Shown in pieces: positions 1-13,362 of a stretch of DNA of 64,000 nucleotides. The stretch is from positions 85,002,001 to 85,066,000 of the forward strand of contig OX597814.1 of NCBI GenBank assembly GCA_951406725.2. Reading direction: 5' to 3'. Position 1 is the stretch's first letter; each line of letters starts with the position of its first letter. This DNA is from Octopus vulgaris (Eukaryota). The notes below the pieces were generated by a model. The model made no database searches. It was given only the letters and a program-made list of their open reading frames with translations, and had not been told where the DNA came from. The position numbers and the translations under genes were made by a program.

Positions 1-54
1 TTTGTCTTTCATCTTTCCAGGGTCAATAAAATCAGTGCCTGTTGAACACTGATT

Positions 55-525
55 CCTTACTTGCCTGATAAGGATACACCAGGCATATGCATCACAACTA
101 TACGTGCAAGACATAATCATATCAAGATAATCAAAGAGTGCATGGCCTTGCAGGTGGAGCCCAGTTAGAATTTTCTTCAGGTCAAGTAGCCCATCCCACT
201 CAAAATGTCCTTGAATAAGGGTTATTTAAGGATGATGAACAAATCACCCATGTTTCCAGGGGTGAACTATTCAAGCCCCAAAGAATTCCTCTCAACACAT
301 TGGCTATGATGTTTCCCCACTGCACCTGCTTGTGATCAAAGATGCACATATCGTCAGCCACTAAGGGACATGTTCAACTGGTTACAGCCAAGCAAGTGAC
401 AAACAAATCTGTGGTATTGAGCAAAATATTTGCTGTAGCCCATCTTTTACACCAAGACAAAACATGTACATGATAACAATTCCAATCAGTTAAGATTAGA
501 AGAGCCACTGCCAGGTATTGCATCA
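55..525. mobile_element. Interspersed repeat (SINE-like, Octopus-type)
   Basis: Recognised from memory as a common repeat body; followed by a 21-bp tandem and a (CAT)n tract. Only one copy in the window. Confidence 0.45.
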
Positions 526-592
526 GGACATCTTGGTGTTGCATCAGGACATCCTGGTATTGTATCAGGGCATCCTGGTATTGCATCAGAGC
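511..592 (+). repeat. 21-bp minisatellite (~3.5 copies, CCTGGTATTGCATCAGGACAT-like)
   Basis: Directly visible; it explains the 7-aa periodic ORFs 374..643 and 486..683. Confidence 0.9.
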
Positions 593-749
593 TATCATCA
601 TCATCATCATCATTATGTTGCAATGTATTGACACTATAAACATGATTAGTTTTATTTATTATGAGATCACAACCTATGGTCAACCATCAGAAGCATTCGT
701 ATTCCTTCTATTAAGGTCCTTCCATACTGATCATATCTGTATCAAGGAC

Positions 750-1060
750 TTCAAGGACTTGGCAGATAATTCTTGCTGGCCTGAGAAACACGTTTTCTGC
801 ACTGCTCTTACTTTCAGATTAGGATATAACTTTCCAAGGTTTTACTTTCAAATTCTTCATCACAGCTCCCAAATACCCAATGATAATTGGTTAGATCATA
901 ACCTTGTCAACTTCTTTAATCCATAACTTGAGAACTTCATACTTGAAATCAAGTATAATAATCTTTTTTTTTTCTCTATTTTCTTGTCTCTGGTTTCAAA
1001 TGTACATGTCACATCAATTACAAGACATACTTTCTTCTTCTGATTAACAGTCATTATCAT
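750..1060 (-). mobile_element. R4/Dong-like non-LTR retrotransposon remnant (C-terminal restriction-like endonuclease)
   Basis: Broken translation VNQKKKVCLVIDVTCTFETRDKKIEKKK...YEVLKLWIKEVDKVMI*PIIIGYLGAV...PARIICQVLE fits the RLE motif IIDVxxP...PIVIGALG...GTARIIRKVL. Confidence 0.75.
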
Positions 1061-2369
1061 AATTATGATTATTATTATTATTACTATTAGGTGATTAAGA
1101 TGAGACAGCATAAAGTCAAGCTGTGGTTTTATGTTATTCATAAAATGATGAATTATTAATCCAAGTTCAAATTTCAATGCAGCCTTCTTCCCTCTGGACT
1201 CAGCAAGATGATGAATTGTCACTAGATAGTTACCCAGGTTAATGATATCAATTATATTATCTCCACTGACAAAAATTATCAAGAAATAATAATCATCAAC
1301 ATATTTTCTATGCTATATAGATTGATAATATCATTAATGTATTAAATACCATTTAATTAGAAAACAATATCTATGTAACAGAAATGATACCTTCCTCAAA
1401 AAAGGAAGCGAGAAAAAACTGCATTCAACAGAGAATAATATTAATCATTATCATAAACATCATGTTTGTTTTCTTTTGCTGCTATGGATAAACAAGTCTC
1501 ATGAAGAATATACTACATAATTAATTCTTCTGAACAAATCCAGCCTTCTTTGGCATTTTTTTACTTCCATATATTTCCAATCCAAAGAACACAATTTCAT
1601 TGTTCTCAGGTAAATAAACATTCCTAGGTGGAGTCAGTTCTGTCAACATATCCATTGACTAATTATGGCTTTAAGCTAATGTTGACACAACTATTTGGCT
1701 ACAGTGGCTAGCCAACATTCAAGCTAATTAACTCTATAAACAATATTAAGATTGTGATTTTTGTGAAGTGGTCCATCTGTGTATGCATGCGCACACACAC
1801 ACACACATGCACTCTCATGCATTTGCATACACACAAATATGCACGTGCACACACACACACACAAACAAACAAACAAACACACCTTGACAACTTATCACAG
1901 AACAATAGAAAATTTATTAATTGCGAAACAGAAAACTGTTTATTGCTGTGTAAATACATCATAATTAGGCAATAACAAAAGAAATAGAGCTTTCTTTTTG
2001 CTTTTCACATACAGCACTTGAAATTTATCTCAGCCTTCTACATTAAACTCAATTCTGGCATTCCTAAGTGGAGCACTAAAGTACAATGGGATATTATAAA
2101 GTAATTCTACATGAACCAAACAATGCACAAATTAATATATTTCAGTGATTGTGAGTTTAAAGTGCTGATAAACTGATCATATAGTCATAAGTTCAGATCT
2201 TATATCAACCATTGTAAGGTAATCATCCTGCACAAAGCATTTGCAAAGGTTTACCTGACTGAATAAAATGATAAATAAATAATAAATAAAAATAGCAATA
2301 CAAAAAGACAATAAGTCAATTCCTACTGTAAAGCAGTAGGTAACCCCTGGACATCACTCTCTTAAGTTC

Positions 2370-2602
2370 CAGGATTCATAGGGTAAGTTATCCAGTTTCC
2401 ATGGTGTATAAGTGACTGAGATCAGAACATTCCACCCTCAATGGGATGCCAGTTCATTACAGAGTGACTCACAGCTGAGTGGACTGGAGCAACATGAAAT
2501 GAAGTGCTTTGCTCGAGTACACAATGCACTGCCTAGTCCAGGTATCAAAACCACAATCTTGCAATAATAAGTGCAACACCAAATCCACGAGGCCGTGCAC
2601 CT
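2370..2602 (-). mobile_element. SINE (family with CAGCTGAGTGGACTGGAGCAACATGAAATGAAGTG core)
   Basis: The same core recurs at 19580-20025 (three times) and 26030-26220. Confidence 0.75.
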
Positions 2603-3009
2603 TTGCTACTTTAAAGTGTTCAGAGGTTAAAACTCAAAATTGTAGAAAGGGCATTAAGCTATGAAAAACTACAACCTCCAATAAAGCATACCACCCATTG
2701 CAAGCATCGAGAAACAAATGTAAAATAGAATTTTAAAAAAATGTATACTCCAAATAACTAATAAAACATCAACATTCATTGTTTGATTGTTGGGCCTGAC
2801 AAGTATGCTGCAAATGAGCTTAAAATATTTAGAAACTACTGGCCTATTTTTGTGTGCCAGACAACCACAGCTGCCAACCCTGAAGCAAATAATATCAGGC
2901 ATTGTTTAATACTGTTTTTTTTTAAACCTCACTACATAGTTATTTCAAGTTAGCTTTCCTAATGCTTCCTGCATTAAATGTATTAATACAAACTACAGTA
3001 CCACACAGA

Positions 3010-3290
3010 CAAGATGCATTCCAGAAGTTTTCAGGCTTTTTCAGGAGAAACATTTATCGATTTCAAAGAAATATAAAATTCTAATCTCCTTCAAAGTAGG
3101 ATCCTCTGATTTCAATGCACTTGTAGTGCTCCAACCACTTTGTGAAGCCCCCCATGGCAGTCCTCCAAAATGAAGGTGCCCTAGATCCTTGTCACAACCT
3201 CCATCTTCTCAAGGTCTTAAAAATGACTGCCCCCAAGTTTCTCCTTCAGTTTGAAGAACAACCAAAAGTCACAGGGAGTGGCACTGTTTA
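3010..3290 (-). mobile_element. Mariner transposase 3' remnant
   Basis: Minus strand gives PCDFWLFFKLKEKLGGSHF...FTKWLEHYKCIEIRGSYFEGD*, the mariner C-terminus. Confidence 0.8.
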
Positions 3291-3676
3291 CATTTGCTAG
3301 TATAATAATATCCTATAGCTCAGCAAACCTGTGCAGTGGAATGAAAAATACCTTCTTATAAAACAAGCAATGGTTAGCAACAGGAAGAGCATCCAAATAT
3401 AGAAAATTTACTCCCAATAATTTTTCATGCCAGCATGGAAAAACACATAAATGTAATGATGGTCATCATTTTCTATATGGAATAGTGCATCTCTTAGTAC
3501 ACACATAGCTACAAATAATGTGAAAATATTGGGCTGAAACACCCTTTTGGATAGAAAAAGCTGAAGGCTGTCCAAATGGGTTTTTCACCCCCATATTTAC
3601 ATGCAATCTATTTATACATTTATGTGTGCTTCAAGATACACTATTCTCTCAAAAGTTTATAAAATCCTTAAGACAT

Positions 3677-3720
<44 letters not shown>
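3677..3720 (+). repeat. (GA)n microsatellite
   Basis: Directly visible. Confidence 0.95.
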
Positions 3721-3723
<3 letters not shown>

Positions 3724-3744
3724 TGTGTGTGCATGTGTGTGTTG

Positions 3745-4008
3745 AAACTGGGTGCAAGAGAAATCAGGTGTAGTGTGCAAGAAAGGAGGTTGCACTAATA
3801 TGGGTATGTCATGTGATGTATATAGAGGATGACTGCTGCATACAAAAGTGCTGAGCACTCTGAGTTAGTGGAACCTGTAGAATATGGATGCAAAGAAGGC
3901 TTGTTATGTAGTGGTGAAGGCTGTCCTAAAGATGCTGCATCTCCTGAAGGGTATGACAAAACACTGCACTGACTGGTGATATATGGTGATACTGAGGACC
4001 CACCCACT
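3745..4008 (+). mobile_element. RTE-type LINE 3' remnant
   Basis: Plus strand reads IRCSVQERRLH*YG..HVMYIEDDCCIQKC*AL*VSGTCR...VVKAVLKMLHL, matching the RRLRWYGHVxRM...RGRPRKTW region. Confidence 0.7.
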
Positions 4009-4779
4009 TATGACAAAATGCATTTTAACACAACAGTAGCATTTCAGAAATTGTAACATGTGTATCAGTGTGTGTATTTAGTTGATCTGTCCAGTATTAA
4101 TAGAATTTCAAGAGTAAAACTCTGAAAGACTTCAACATTAATCATGTTGCCTAACAGAAATTTAAAAAATATAAAAATTAGAATAAAATTCTTTTATTTA
4201 AACATTTTTTTCCATTTCAGACATATGCAAGCAGAAGAACTGTAAAGTATTTTCATATAAACAAGTAATTTTTTGACACTTTGTTAATATATTCTTATTT
4301 CTTAAGCCTTTTAATTAATGCTATATTTACTGGGTTGGTGGGTGGAAGAAGGGTAAAATGGATAAATTTAGGTTCATACAGGTTTCTAATACAGTCAAAT
4401 TCCAACTTCTTTCTTTTAAAAAAAAACAAAAAGTTAAAATAATTTCTTCTTTTATTCTTCTTTAATTTTCAGTTTTTTATACCAATAAGGATTATTTAAA
4501 AAAAATAAAGTTTATTTTTCTAGTGTCCAGATGTTTATGACACACACACACACACACACACTGCCACTGAGCTGGAAAATTAAGAATCAGAGAGTCATAT
4601 CTGTGAATGAAGGACAATTACAAGAAGAAAGTGTTTAACCATGTGATTACTATATGTAGATGCTACAGAAATAGCAATAGAGTTGATAATGATGGTATGG
4701 TGAGACATTTACAACCAAATTAGAAACTGAAACACCACAGAGTTATATAAGAAAAATAGGTTTTAGAATTGTTCCCATC

Positions 4780-5270
4780 TAAAATGCCATGTATCTCTAA
4801 ACATAGGATCCTAAGCTCATTTACTATTATTACCGTTTTTAGCAACAGAAAGAGATTTATTCACTCTCCTTCGACAGTAATAATTTGGAAATGATCCAAA
4901 AGGCAAATACTGAATTTGACAGTTCAGTTGCATAAATGAGAGAGCTTTCACATGATTCAAAAGTTGTTTGGCAAAAATCTAAATCCTTACTTGTTATAAG
5001 CAAACATCAACATCGAAAGGAGGGAATGAAACTATCATGATTAAAAGGTTCAGAGTACTTTTATGCTTCTCTCTGACCCTACCAATCATGAGACCATTGA
5101 TAAATTCAAGCTGATTGTATTATCCAGGTCATTTCTATGATCACCATCGTTATAATCTATATTAAGGCCACACAAGGCAGATATTTTTTTTAAATCAATT
5201 TTTTTTCCATGTATGTCTTTGGCTAGGAAAATGGTATTTATAAATTTCAATGTCCCCATAATTGTTGAAG
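4780..5270 (+). mobile_element. Highly decayed L1/Tx1-like LINE fragment
   Basis: KVVWQKSKSLLVISKHQHRKEGMKLS*LKGSEYFYASL resembles the post-RT FxWxxK...GGLxL...YY motif; many stops. Confidence 0.4.
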
Positions 5271-5720
5271 AAAATTTTTTAATAGTTTGATGGCCATCCT
5301 CCATTAGTCAAGCAGAAGACGACTGTTAGCTAAGTTGTCTGTGGTGAGCAGGGGCATAACACAAGGGCTACAATGATGTTTGAGCTCAAATACTCTATCA
5401 ACTAAGATCATCTAAGTTTTCAATTTAATCCCACTGTGGAACACCTTGAACAAGCATCATCTACTAATATTTCAAACTGACCAATGCCTTTTGAGTGAAA
5501 TTCAATAGCTAAAAACCAAGCGGAAGGATGCATGTGTGCGAGCAAGTGCATGCACATGTGTATGTTTTGTTTCATATGACTTTCCACAGACACTATTTGG
5601 GTGATGGTGATGTTATGTGTACATCCCTCATAAACAATATATCCTGTAGCTCAGCAGTTTCAGCATATGAAAGCCTAATGGAATAAAATACCTTACTTGA
5701 AAAACATGAAAAACATCAAT

Positions 5721-6321
5721 ATGAAGCAGCATAAGGAATGGCTTAGCCCCGGTAAACAAGTGACACTACGTGTGAAACAAGATCGTCATCTGCAAAAAAA
5801 CGATGTTGTGAATATGGTGGGACTGAGAAGGGATTATCCATTACAAATTGGTTGAATGGAACCAAACAGTCAACGCAGAACTCGATGTTCAACAGATGGA
5901 ACGACTCAACACGGCTATTCAAGAGAAAAGACCTAATCGTCAGTATGGAGTTCTTCTGCTGTATGATAACACCCACCCTCATATCGCCAATATGACCAAG
6001 GAAGCCATTCAAACACATAGCTGGGAAGAGCTGCCTGATTTAGCACCAACGGATTTCCACCTCTTTCTATCTCTTTCAAATGCTATGCGCGGAGTTTCGT
6101 TCAATACTGATACAGAATTGAGAGCTTGGTTGGATCAATTTTCGAGTTGAAATCGGGTGATTTCTACCAACGAGGTTTTGAAAATCTTGTTGAACATTGG
6201 GAAGAAGTTGTAAACAACAAGGGTGAATACATTATTGATTAATTAGTTGTTATTTTTTATTAAACCTTTAAAAAAAATTTAAATTAAAAAAAACAGCGGG
6301 AACTTAGTTGCCAACCTAATA
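5721..6321 (+). mobile_element. 5'-truncated mariner transposon
   Basis: WLSPG..., LLYDNTHPH...PDLAPTDFHLFLSLSN (ORF 5848..6150); 3' TIR-like end GGGAACTTAGTTGCCAACCTAATA followed by a TA run. Confidence 0.9.
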
Positions 6322-6495
6322 TATATATATATCATATAAAGATTTCATTTAAGCTTAGTGATACTAATAAACTGGTGTTAGAACTCAATATACATATGTT
6401 TCAGAATAAAGAGTTAAGGAAGTACAAAGTGTAATATGAAATTAAATAAATGACAAGGAAACAAAGGGAACAGGGATTACATAATCCACTTCATT

Positions 6496-6572
6496 AGCTT
6501 ACAGATGTTTCTGCTATAAGATGCAGTTTACTAAAAGGTGAGTGCTTGTACATCATCTTACAACTTCCTCAC
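6496..6572 (-). ncRNA. Degenerate type I hammerhead ribozyme motif
   Basis: Minus strand: gUGAGGA, then a(GUUGUAAGAUG)...(CAUCUUAUAGC)a forming an 11-bp stem II, then GAAA-CAUCUG-UA-AGCU. Core C3 and the 5' strand of stem I are lost to an adjacent GT/CA tract. Confidence 0.5.
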
Positions 6573-7964
6573 ACGCACACATGCGTGTGTGTGAAGCCAT
6601 GCAGGCAAATACAGAAATTCACATTTATTAATTTAAATTCAGATCACCTATAACACATCTAGTTCTTACAAGTAGTAAAATTCAAACTATGAAGTCTAAC
6701 AATGGTAGCAGAATTATAGAAAGCAAACAAACTGGATTCTGATTAGGAAATTATATTTGACCTACTCAGAAACTGGATGATACGCAGTGAAAATAATTAA
6801 CATTTTTGGATCTGCACTGACTTTTGCATATGCAACAGAAGTAAAGCACTCTTGACAAGATGCTTTTATTATTGATCAAATTGTTTCCCTCCAGATGAAA
6901 TCTATAGAACATGAATAGTCAGTTTCCTCATAATGAGTTCGTTCGCCATGAAGAAAAAGTTCTTTATGTCATATGGTTTTTTAAAAGTCAAACCTATAAT
7001 TTGCAAATGGCAAAAATATTTATTTTCATTGAAATAATGTAGCACATATTGATATCAAGATAGAACGGTGACAAAACAAGATTAAAAGGGACCAGCAATC
7101 ATATATTGAAAAATAAATCAAAAGCCTTCTAATCCAGCAAGAAGATCCACTGAAGTCTTGATTCAATATAATCAGAAGTTTTAGAATAGACAAGTCACTA
7201 AAAATTAGCTGTAGTAAGGCTTCAGGAGATTGGGTGAAGTTCTGACTCAACAAACTTTCACATGATAAATATCATTTATGTACATAAAGAACTATTTATG
7301 CTATTTCATATTTCTTTTTTATATAGGTTTTTCAATTTTACAACCTTACTTTAGGCTGAAGGTCCAACAGCCCTCTGCAGAGAGCTAGACAAAAGCTCAT
7401 CCAGAAGGCAACATTTTGGCTACTATGGAAAAATCCATAAACATTTTAAAGCAATAAAATAAATCTTCATAATACGATTAGATATGAATTTACAGTTTTT
7501 TTCTGTAATTCTTCCAGATATATTCTATATTGTTTGTATACTGAAGACTATATTAATAACAGTCAGACACCCAGCAGGTCCAGTCAAATGGAGCAGGTTT
7601 CAGAGCAGAAGCCAGACAAAAGCAGTACCTGGTCTAACAAAGTGAGAGCTGGGAATGAGGCCCCACTCTGTTAAATATTATGTTTTCACAAAAACTGCAA
7701 CAGATGCAAATGGAATGGAAGCAGACAGTGCAAATGGGATGGAAGCAGATAGTTATAATTTTATGTTACACAGTGAACAAAACAGATACAGTAAATATAA
7801 TGCAGCTAATGTTAGTATATCTATATATGTAACTGAAACTTAGCACACTCTCCCAATATAATTCATACTTCCTCTTATATAAACCCATAGCTCACCATAT
7901 AAATAGTAGCCAAATTTCCCTCAAATTACACCTTAAAGTAGGGAAAGATACATTAGACAACGTA

Positions 7965-8007
<43 letters not shown>

Positions 8008-8229
8008 ATATATTACATAAACTACCAGAAAACTACCCAGAGGATGATGCTACTGCAAGTATTAGAATTCTTTTATTGTTTTACCAGCTCTTGTCATTGA
8101 TTGTGGCCACTCTGAGGTGTCAGATTCAAGAGGTTTTTATCTTATTGGTTATATCAACCCCAGTGCTTTATCTGGTATCTACTGCATTAACTGTAATACA
8201 ATTAAATAAGCTCCCTCATTACTATCTCA

Positions 8230-8530
8230 CAATACAGTCAAACTGTCTTTCACCATATGAAATATCAGCCATAATACAGCCAGCACACACACTCTTTCAC
8301 AATATCCTGTAGTATCAGCAGGAATACAGCCAACACTTCCCCTCATCGCCACCTGTAAGTATAACAGTTGGCAGTCTCTGACATCATCACCATCAGTTGT
8401 ATCAGCCATAATACAGTCAGTGCTCTCTCTCTCAACACCATGTGTAGTATCAACCTCCTGTAATACAACTATCACTCTCTCTCTCATCACCACCTGTAGT
8501 AAAAGCCATACTACAAACTAATACTTTACC
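8230..8530 (+). repeat. Degenerate minisatellite (GTAGTATCAGCCATAATACAGCCA-like units)
   Basis: Motif recurs at about 8265, 8312, 8400, 8448 and 8500. Confidence 0.7.
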
Positions 8531-11479
8531 AACTAACACCTCCATTATCCCTAATTAAAAATCTACTGCAGTGTGATGTAGAAGAAACCTTGCAGCCAAG
8601 AAGCACAGCTGTGTTCACATCCCATCATCAGTTTCCCCACTTGAAGCAATTTTTCTTGTTTCCACTTCATTGTTAATGTTTTAGAAAAAGACAGGAACAT
8701 AAAGCAATGTCACCCCCAACATCAACACCACCAACTCTATAAATCCAAGATGAGAAGGTGATTAGTTTGACAATATAATAGAAGTTAATGTACAGTGCAG
8801 TATGAATTGTAACACAACATAGTTGTCAGTCTGGTGTATATAGATAAAGGATAAAAACTACATTCTTTCAGACAACAGCACCAATAGCTTTTGTGGTTTT
8901 TGTTGCTTATCACTTGTAATACAGATCTGATCAAATCTACTTCTGACAGCAAATGTTCCATCCATCACCATTCCATCACTTAATATTTTTAGAACCATAT
9001 TGTCATATGGTTCTTTTCTTTTATTTAAGAAAGTGAGGGTTTGACTTTCAGTGAAATTTAGTTGCCGTTTTAAGTAGATCAACTGATCACATAGAACAGG
9101 CATGAGTAACCTTTCACAAGAAGTGGATTGCACAACATGTCTTATCATCAGGCAGGCCACACTACAAAAGAAAATTCAAGATAACTTTTCATTGGCATGC
9201 CATTCAGAAAGACAGAGCCTTCCTTATTGGCTCAACAATTCTAGTAGCATATGTGTGCATGTATGTATGTGTAAGCTCTGTATAAGTTCTGTATCACAGT
9301 TTACAGCTCTTATCCTCCACCAATATGTTAATATCATCAATTAATTATTAACTGGATTAGTTAGCAAGTGAGGCAGATAACCAACCAATTAACTAGTTCA
9401 ATGAAAGATTGTTAATTCACATCTAGTCAGTGTCATTTGCCTGTATTTGTTTTCAAGACACTTAACCCTCGTCAGCTTATTGTATCTAACAGTGGAGGTA
9501 CAGCCACAAATGCATACAATGAGGGCAATTTATTACATTAGTTTATATGCTAAGTTCATATTTGCAGTTCAGATTCAGATAAGCATTATCCTTTGAACAA
9601 TCTACAAGCCTTCTATTGCTCATAAAACAGATCCCTCATATCATATCAATGAAAAAAATTATTAGGAGACTACTGAAGTGAATGTAATGTAAATGACTTC
9701 TAAATCAATGTCATACTCTATTCTTACTTTTTTTTTTTATCTCTGTACTTAGCAACATTTTATTGATCTGAGTTAGATGAGAGATAAAAAAATCTCCCCT
9801 TATAAGAATATCAGTCCATTTCAAGCAACATTTTTAAAAGACTTGGTACCTATTCATAACAAATTAGATGAAACTGAAGTACAATAGTAGTAAACTGAAT
9901 TTGAACTCAACACATTTCAAAAAATAGTCCAATAACTTCTTTACACAACCAAAAGAAAAACCTTTTGGTTCAACATGGCAAAGGGTAACCTTCATTCCTT
10001 TATAAGAGTTCAATATTTTTGAAAATTATCTGAGAGTTTGAAGATGGCAGAGAACCAAATTTTCCAGAGAAAAGAATCAGGCTACATATACATAATGTAT
10101 GTCAGCATGCATTACAGTTTTTGCAGTGTTATTTATGGCATCAAGTCTCATCAAACATGCACTTGCAGTTTCTTGCTTTTGGCTTTGACTGAAATGCAAA
10201 TTTTAAAATCACTTTCATACAGAGTTTAAAATCAAGAAAAAGGAAAATATCAGAGCTATTATTGCTTTAGATATACAACAATAAACAAAAACTAAAATAA
10301 ATGATCGAAAAAATATTATTGAAAACTTGGGGAAATTCAATATATTTCATTGAAACAGTGGAAGCTGACAGTGTAAGAAATAAGTTAGGAGAGGTGGAGG
10401 CATATTGAAAAGAGGGGAGAAAGTGTGGAGGCATGGGGGATAAATGTGGGCGAGTGCAGAGAAGAAAAATATTAAATTAAAAAAGGAATATGTACCATTT
10501 TAACTGTTGTATAATAGCAATAGCACAATAGCAAAAACAGACTGGGAGTGGGGGAAGAGACTGCATGGAAAATGGAAAATAAGAGATAAAAGATGAAGAA
10601 AAAGGAAAGTAAGAGATAATGTTGAAGAAAAAAGAAAAAAAGCTGTCCACCTGCTTTGATTTTTAAGAATCAAGTAATCTTTAAAACAGATTTAACTACT
10701 TACTGTTTCACACTCACTCCAATAAACTACTGCTGCTATTACTACCACCACCATTACCAATATTTCAACTACAACAACAACTACAACTATTACTACAACC
10801 ATCATCACCACCACTAGTACTACTACTACCTACACCATAATAAGAATGAAATAAAATGGGGTTTTGGATGTTGTTTTTTGGTTTTTGTTTTTGTTTTTAT
10901 TTTTGATGGAGTAGGGTTAATTGTTCTTTGTCAAAAGGATATTTTGAGTTTCCTACAGCAGAAAATAACACCACCAGCAACGAACCCTCCACAGAAGTCA
11001 TCTTGCGCTAGAAACAGAAGCAAAATCTCTTTTGAATACATTCCACTGATTGAGAAAGAGGAAGAGCATAGCTGCTGAAAGTAGTCATAGATATATAAAC
11101 AATGACAGTCATGGCTAGAATTCCATTGATCATAGTATTTGCTTGACCAGGACTAACCTTTGAGTTGAGCTACAACACCCTAGATATCAGTGGTGTAGAG
11201 GGGAGGAAAGGCTAGCTGAGAAAGAATGGTAACAAAATAATAGGTGTGTGTAATGGTAGAGAGTGGAAGGAAATAAAAGAATTTGAGAAAATTTCATTAC
11301 CAAAACACAATTATTAAAGGGACTAACAAAGGTCTGACACAAAAAGCAGCTGATAAAATTTGTCACAACAGGTTTATCCTAAAGTTTAAAATTCACATCA
11401 ATCAAGATGTAATTTAAGAAATGGGATGAAGAGAGACGGGGGTGGTGGTATGGTAAACATAAATGTTAAAGGATAGTGA

Positions 11480-12780
11480 CAGAGCACATATAAGCAGCAG
11501 AAATGGGGTTCCACAAAAGAATCTCTAGAGTAACATTACTTGACAGGTTGTAACTAACTCAGAAACCAAGAAGTCTCTCCAGGTCAGGCTAATACAAGGC
11601 AGTATTAAAAGTTCCCAGACTATTTCTGTACCATGCCAATACATGGCAGTACACAGTTGTGTGCTAGCATTAACCTTCATGAGGCAGTGTGCTGAGTGAC
11701 ACTGCTGTGTTTACTTTGCATGTTGTGAAATTTGTGTTTTTGTAATTATGAGTATGCTGCAGTCTGTGATTTTGATATGGACAGGAAAGAGCCAACATGA
11801 AATTTTGTGTTAGACTTGGGAAGTCTGCTACAGAGATATCGAGCATGTCCTGGCAAACTTATGACGATGAGGCAATGGACCATACACAATGTTTTGAGTG
11901 GCATGAGTGCTTTAAAATTGCAAGAACCTCTCTAGAAGATGATGAGTGATCTGGAAGACTTGCCATAAGTGTAACTCTCGGAAATGTATATTGTACATCG
12001 AGAATTCATACCCCAAAGTCAGAAATCAACCAAGAGTTCTACTGCGACATTTTGAAGCATATGAGGGAGGACGTTTGGTGAAAGTGACCAGATCTGTGGA
12101 GCGTGAAGAATTGGATTTTTCATGACAACAATGCATCATCACCAAGCTCTCCTCACTCCCGAGTTTCTCACCAAAAACGTAGTATCACTTCTGCACCTGT
12201 CCTATTCATCAGATTTAGCACCTGCGGACTTCCAGCTCTTCCCCAAGATAAAAATGCAGCTCAAAAGTCACTGTTTTAACACTGTTGTCCAGATCAAGAG
12301 TGAATTGCAGAAGGCCCTCGACTTGCTTATGGAAAACGACTTCCAGGCCCAATTCCAAAAGTAGCAGGAATGCTGGGACCAGTGTATTGCTGCACAAGGG
12401 GACTATTTCAAAGTAGATGATATTAAAACTTAGGTAAATAAGTTATTTTTTATTAAACATAACTAGTCCAGGAACTTTTTGATACCCCTCATACATCTCC
12501 ACATTGAGAAGTCACAGCTCTGGTATTATGGACATGTGATTAGAATGTTACAGGAAAGACTTGCAGAATGGATTCTTGAAGCCAAGCTAATCAGCAGGAG
12601 ACCTAGGGAAACCGAAAAACAAAATGGTTGGATAATATCCATAGTCTTGGCTGATCATTCTTGGTAATCAAGTCAGAAAAATCTGATAGTTGCTTCTGCT
12701 AGAACCCTATGGAGGAGGTGCCTGAGGACTCTAGCCACACAACCCTCCCAGGTGATGGGTGAAGTTGGATAAATAGAAAT
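11480..12780 (+). mobile_element. RTE LINE 3' fragment interrupted by a mariner insertion
   Basis: Left part reads EMGFHKRISRVTLLDRL...SETKKSLQVRL; right part resumes LHIEKSQLWYYGHVIRMLQERLAEWILEAKLISRRPR after 12493. Confidence 0.8.
11595..12491 (+). mobile_element. Internally deleted mariner (~900 bp), copy 1
   Basis: TIRs CAAGGCAGTATTAAAAGTTCCCAGACTA / TAGTCCAGGAACTTTTTGATACCCCTCA with TA flanks; HTH region plus YSSDLAPADFQLFPK motif; many stops. Confidence 0.9.
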
Positions 12781-12896
12781 TGGAAAATAGAAGGGAAAAA
12801 AGAACAAACCAACAAAGTCCCTATATTCATGCTAAATCTGTGAAAGTTAGCAGTTAAATTTCCTTTATAATCACACCTTATTACCTTAGCAACAAT

Positions 12897-12982
12897 GAGA
12901 AGAAGAAGAAGAAGAAGAAGAAGAAGAAGAAGAAGAAGAAGAAGAAGAAGAAGAAGATGATGATGATGATGATGATGATGAT
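12897..12982 (+). repeat. (GAA)n(GAT)n compound microsatellite
   Basis: Directly visible. Confidence 0.95.
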
Positions 12983-13362
12983 ACTTAAAACTAGATTAGA
13001 TAATGTAGTATTAGATACAGAAGGCTTGGAATAAAAGATGAGATAGTCATGACTGGAACCTCTTTAATCATAAATCGTCTCCATGAGGAATGACTCAGGA
13101 TTAAACAACAACTGAAAGAAATGAGTATATAAATAGAGAATAAAGACACCAGATAATGAAGAGTCCCATTTTGTTCAGGCTTTAAAAATTTCTGTCCAAA
13201 ATAATGTATAATGTTTTGAACTTCACCTACCATGGCTTACCTAGCAGGGTATATAGACACCAGCATGAATTTGAGTACTATAAATTATAGATTTACATAC
13301 TTTATTTTTATCATTATCATTATTCTAATTTTTATTGTTGTTATTATTATTATTATTATTAT

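Noticed and set aside
2669-2902. Minus-strand ORF with an acceptor-like ttgcttcag
   Set aside because: No similarity to SPPL3 exon 4 in any frame and no recognisable domain.
3795-4007. Ser/Pro-rich minus-strand ORF in phase with SPPL3 exon 3 (possible alternative last exon)
   Set aside because: It is the antisense of an RTE LINE 3' remnant (VQERRLH*YG..HVM), the acceptor is weak, and it has no SPPL3 similarity.
5086-5304. ORF loosely resembling a DEDDh exonuclease C-terminus (FINTIFLAK...HRNDLD)
   Set aside because: No upstream ExoI/ExoII motifs; the opposite strand looks like a decayed L1/Tx1 fragment, so the resemblance is probably chance. An HMM search would settle it.
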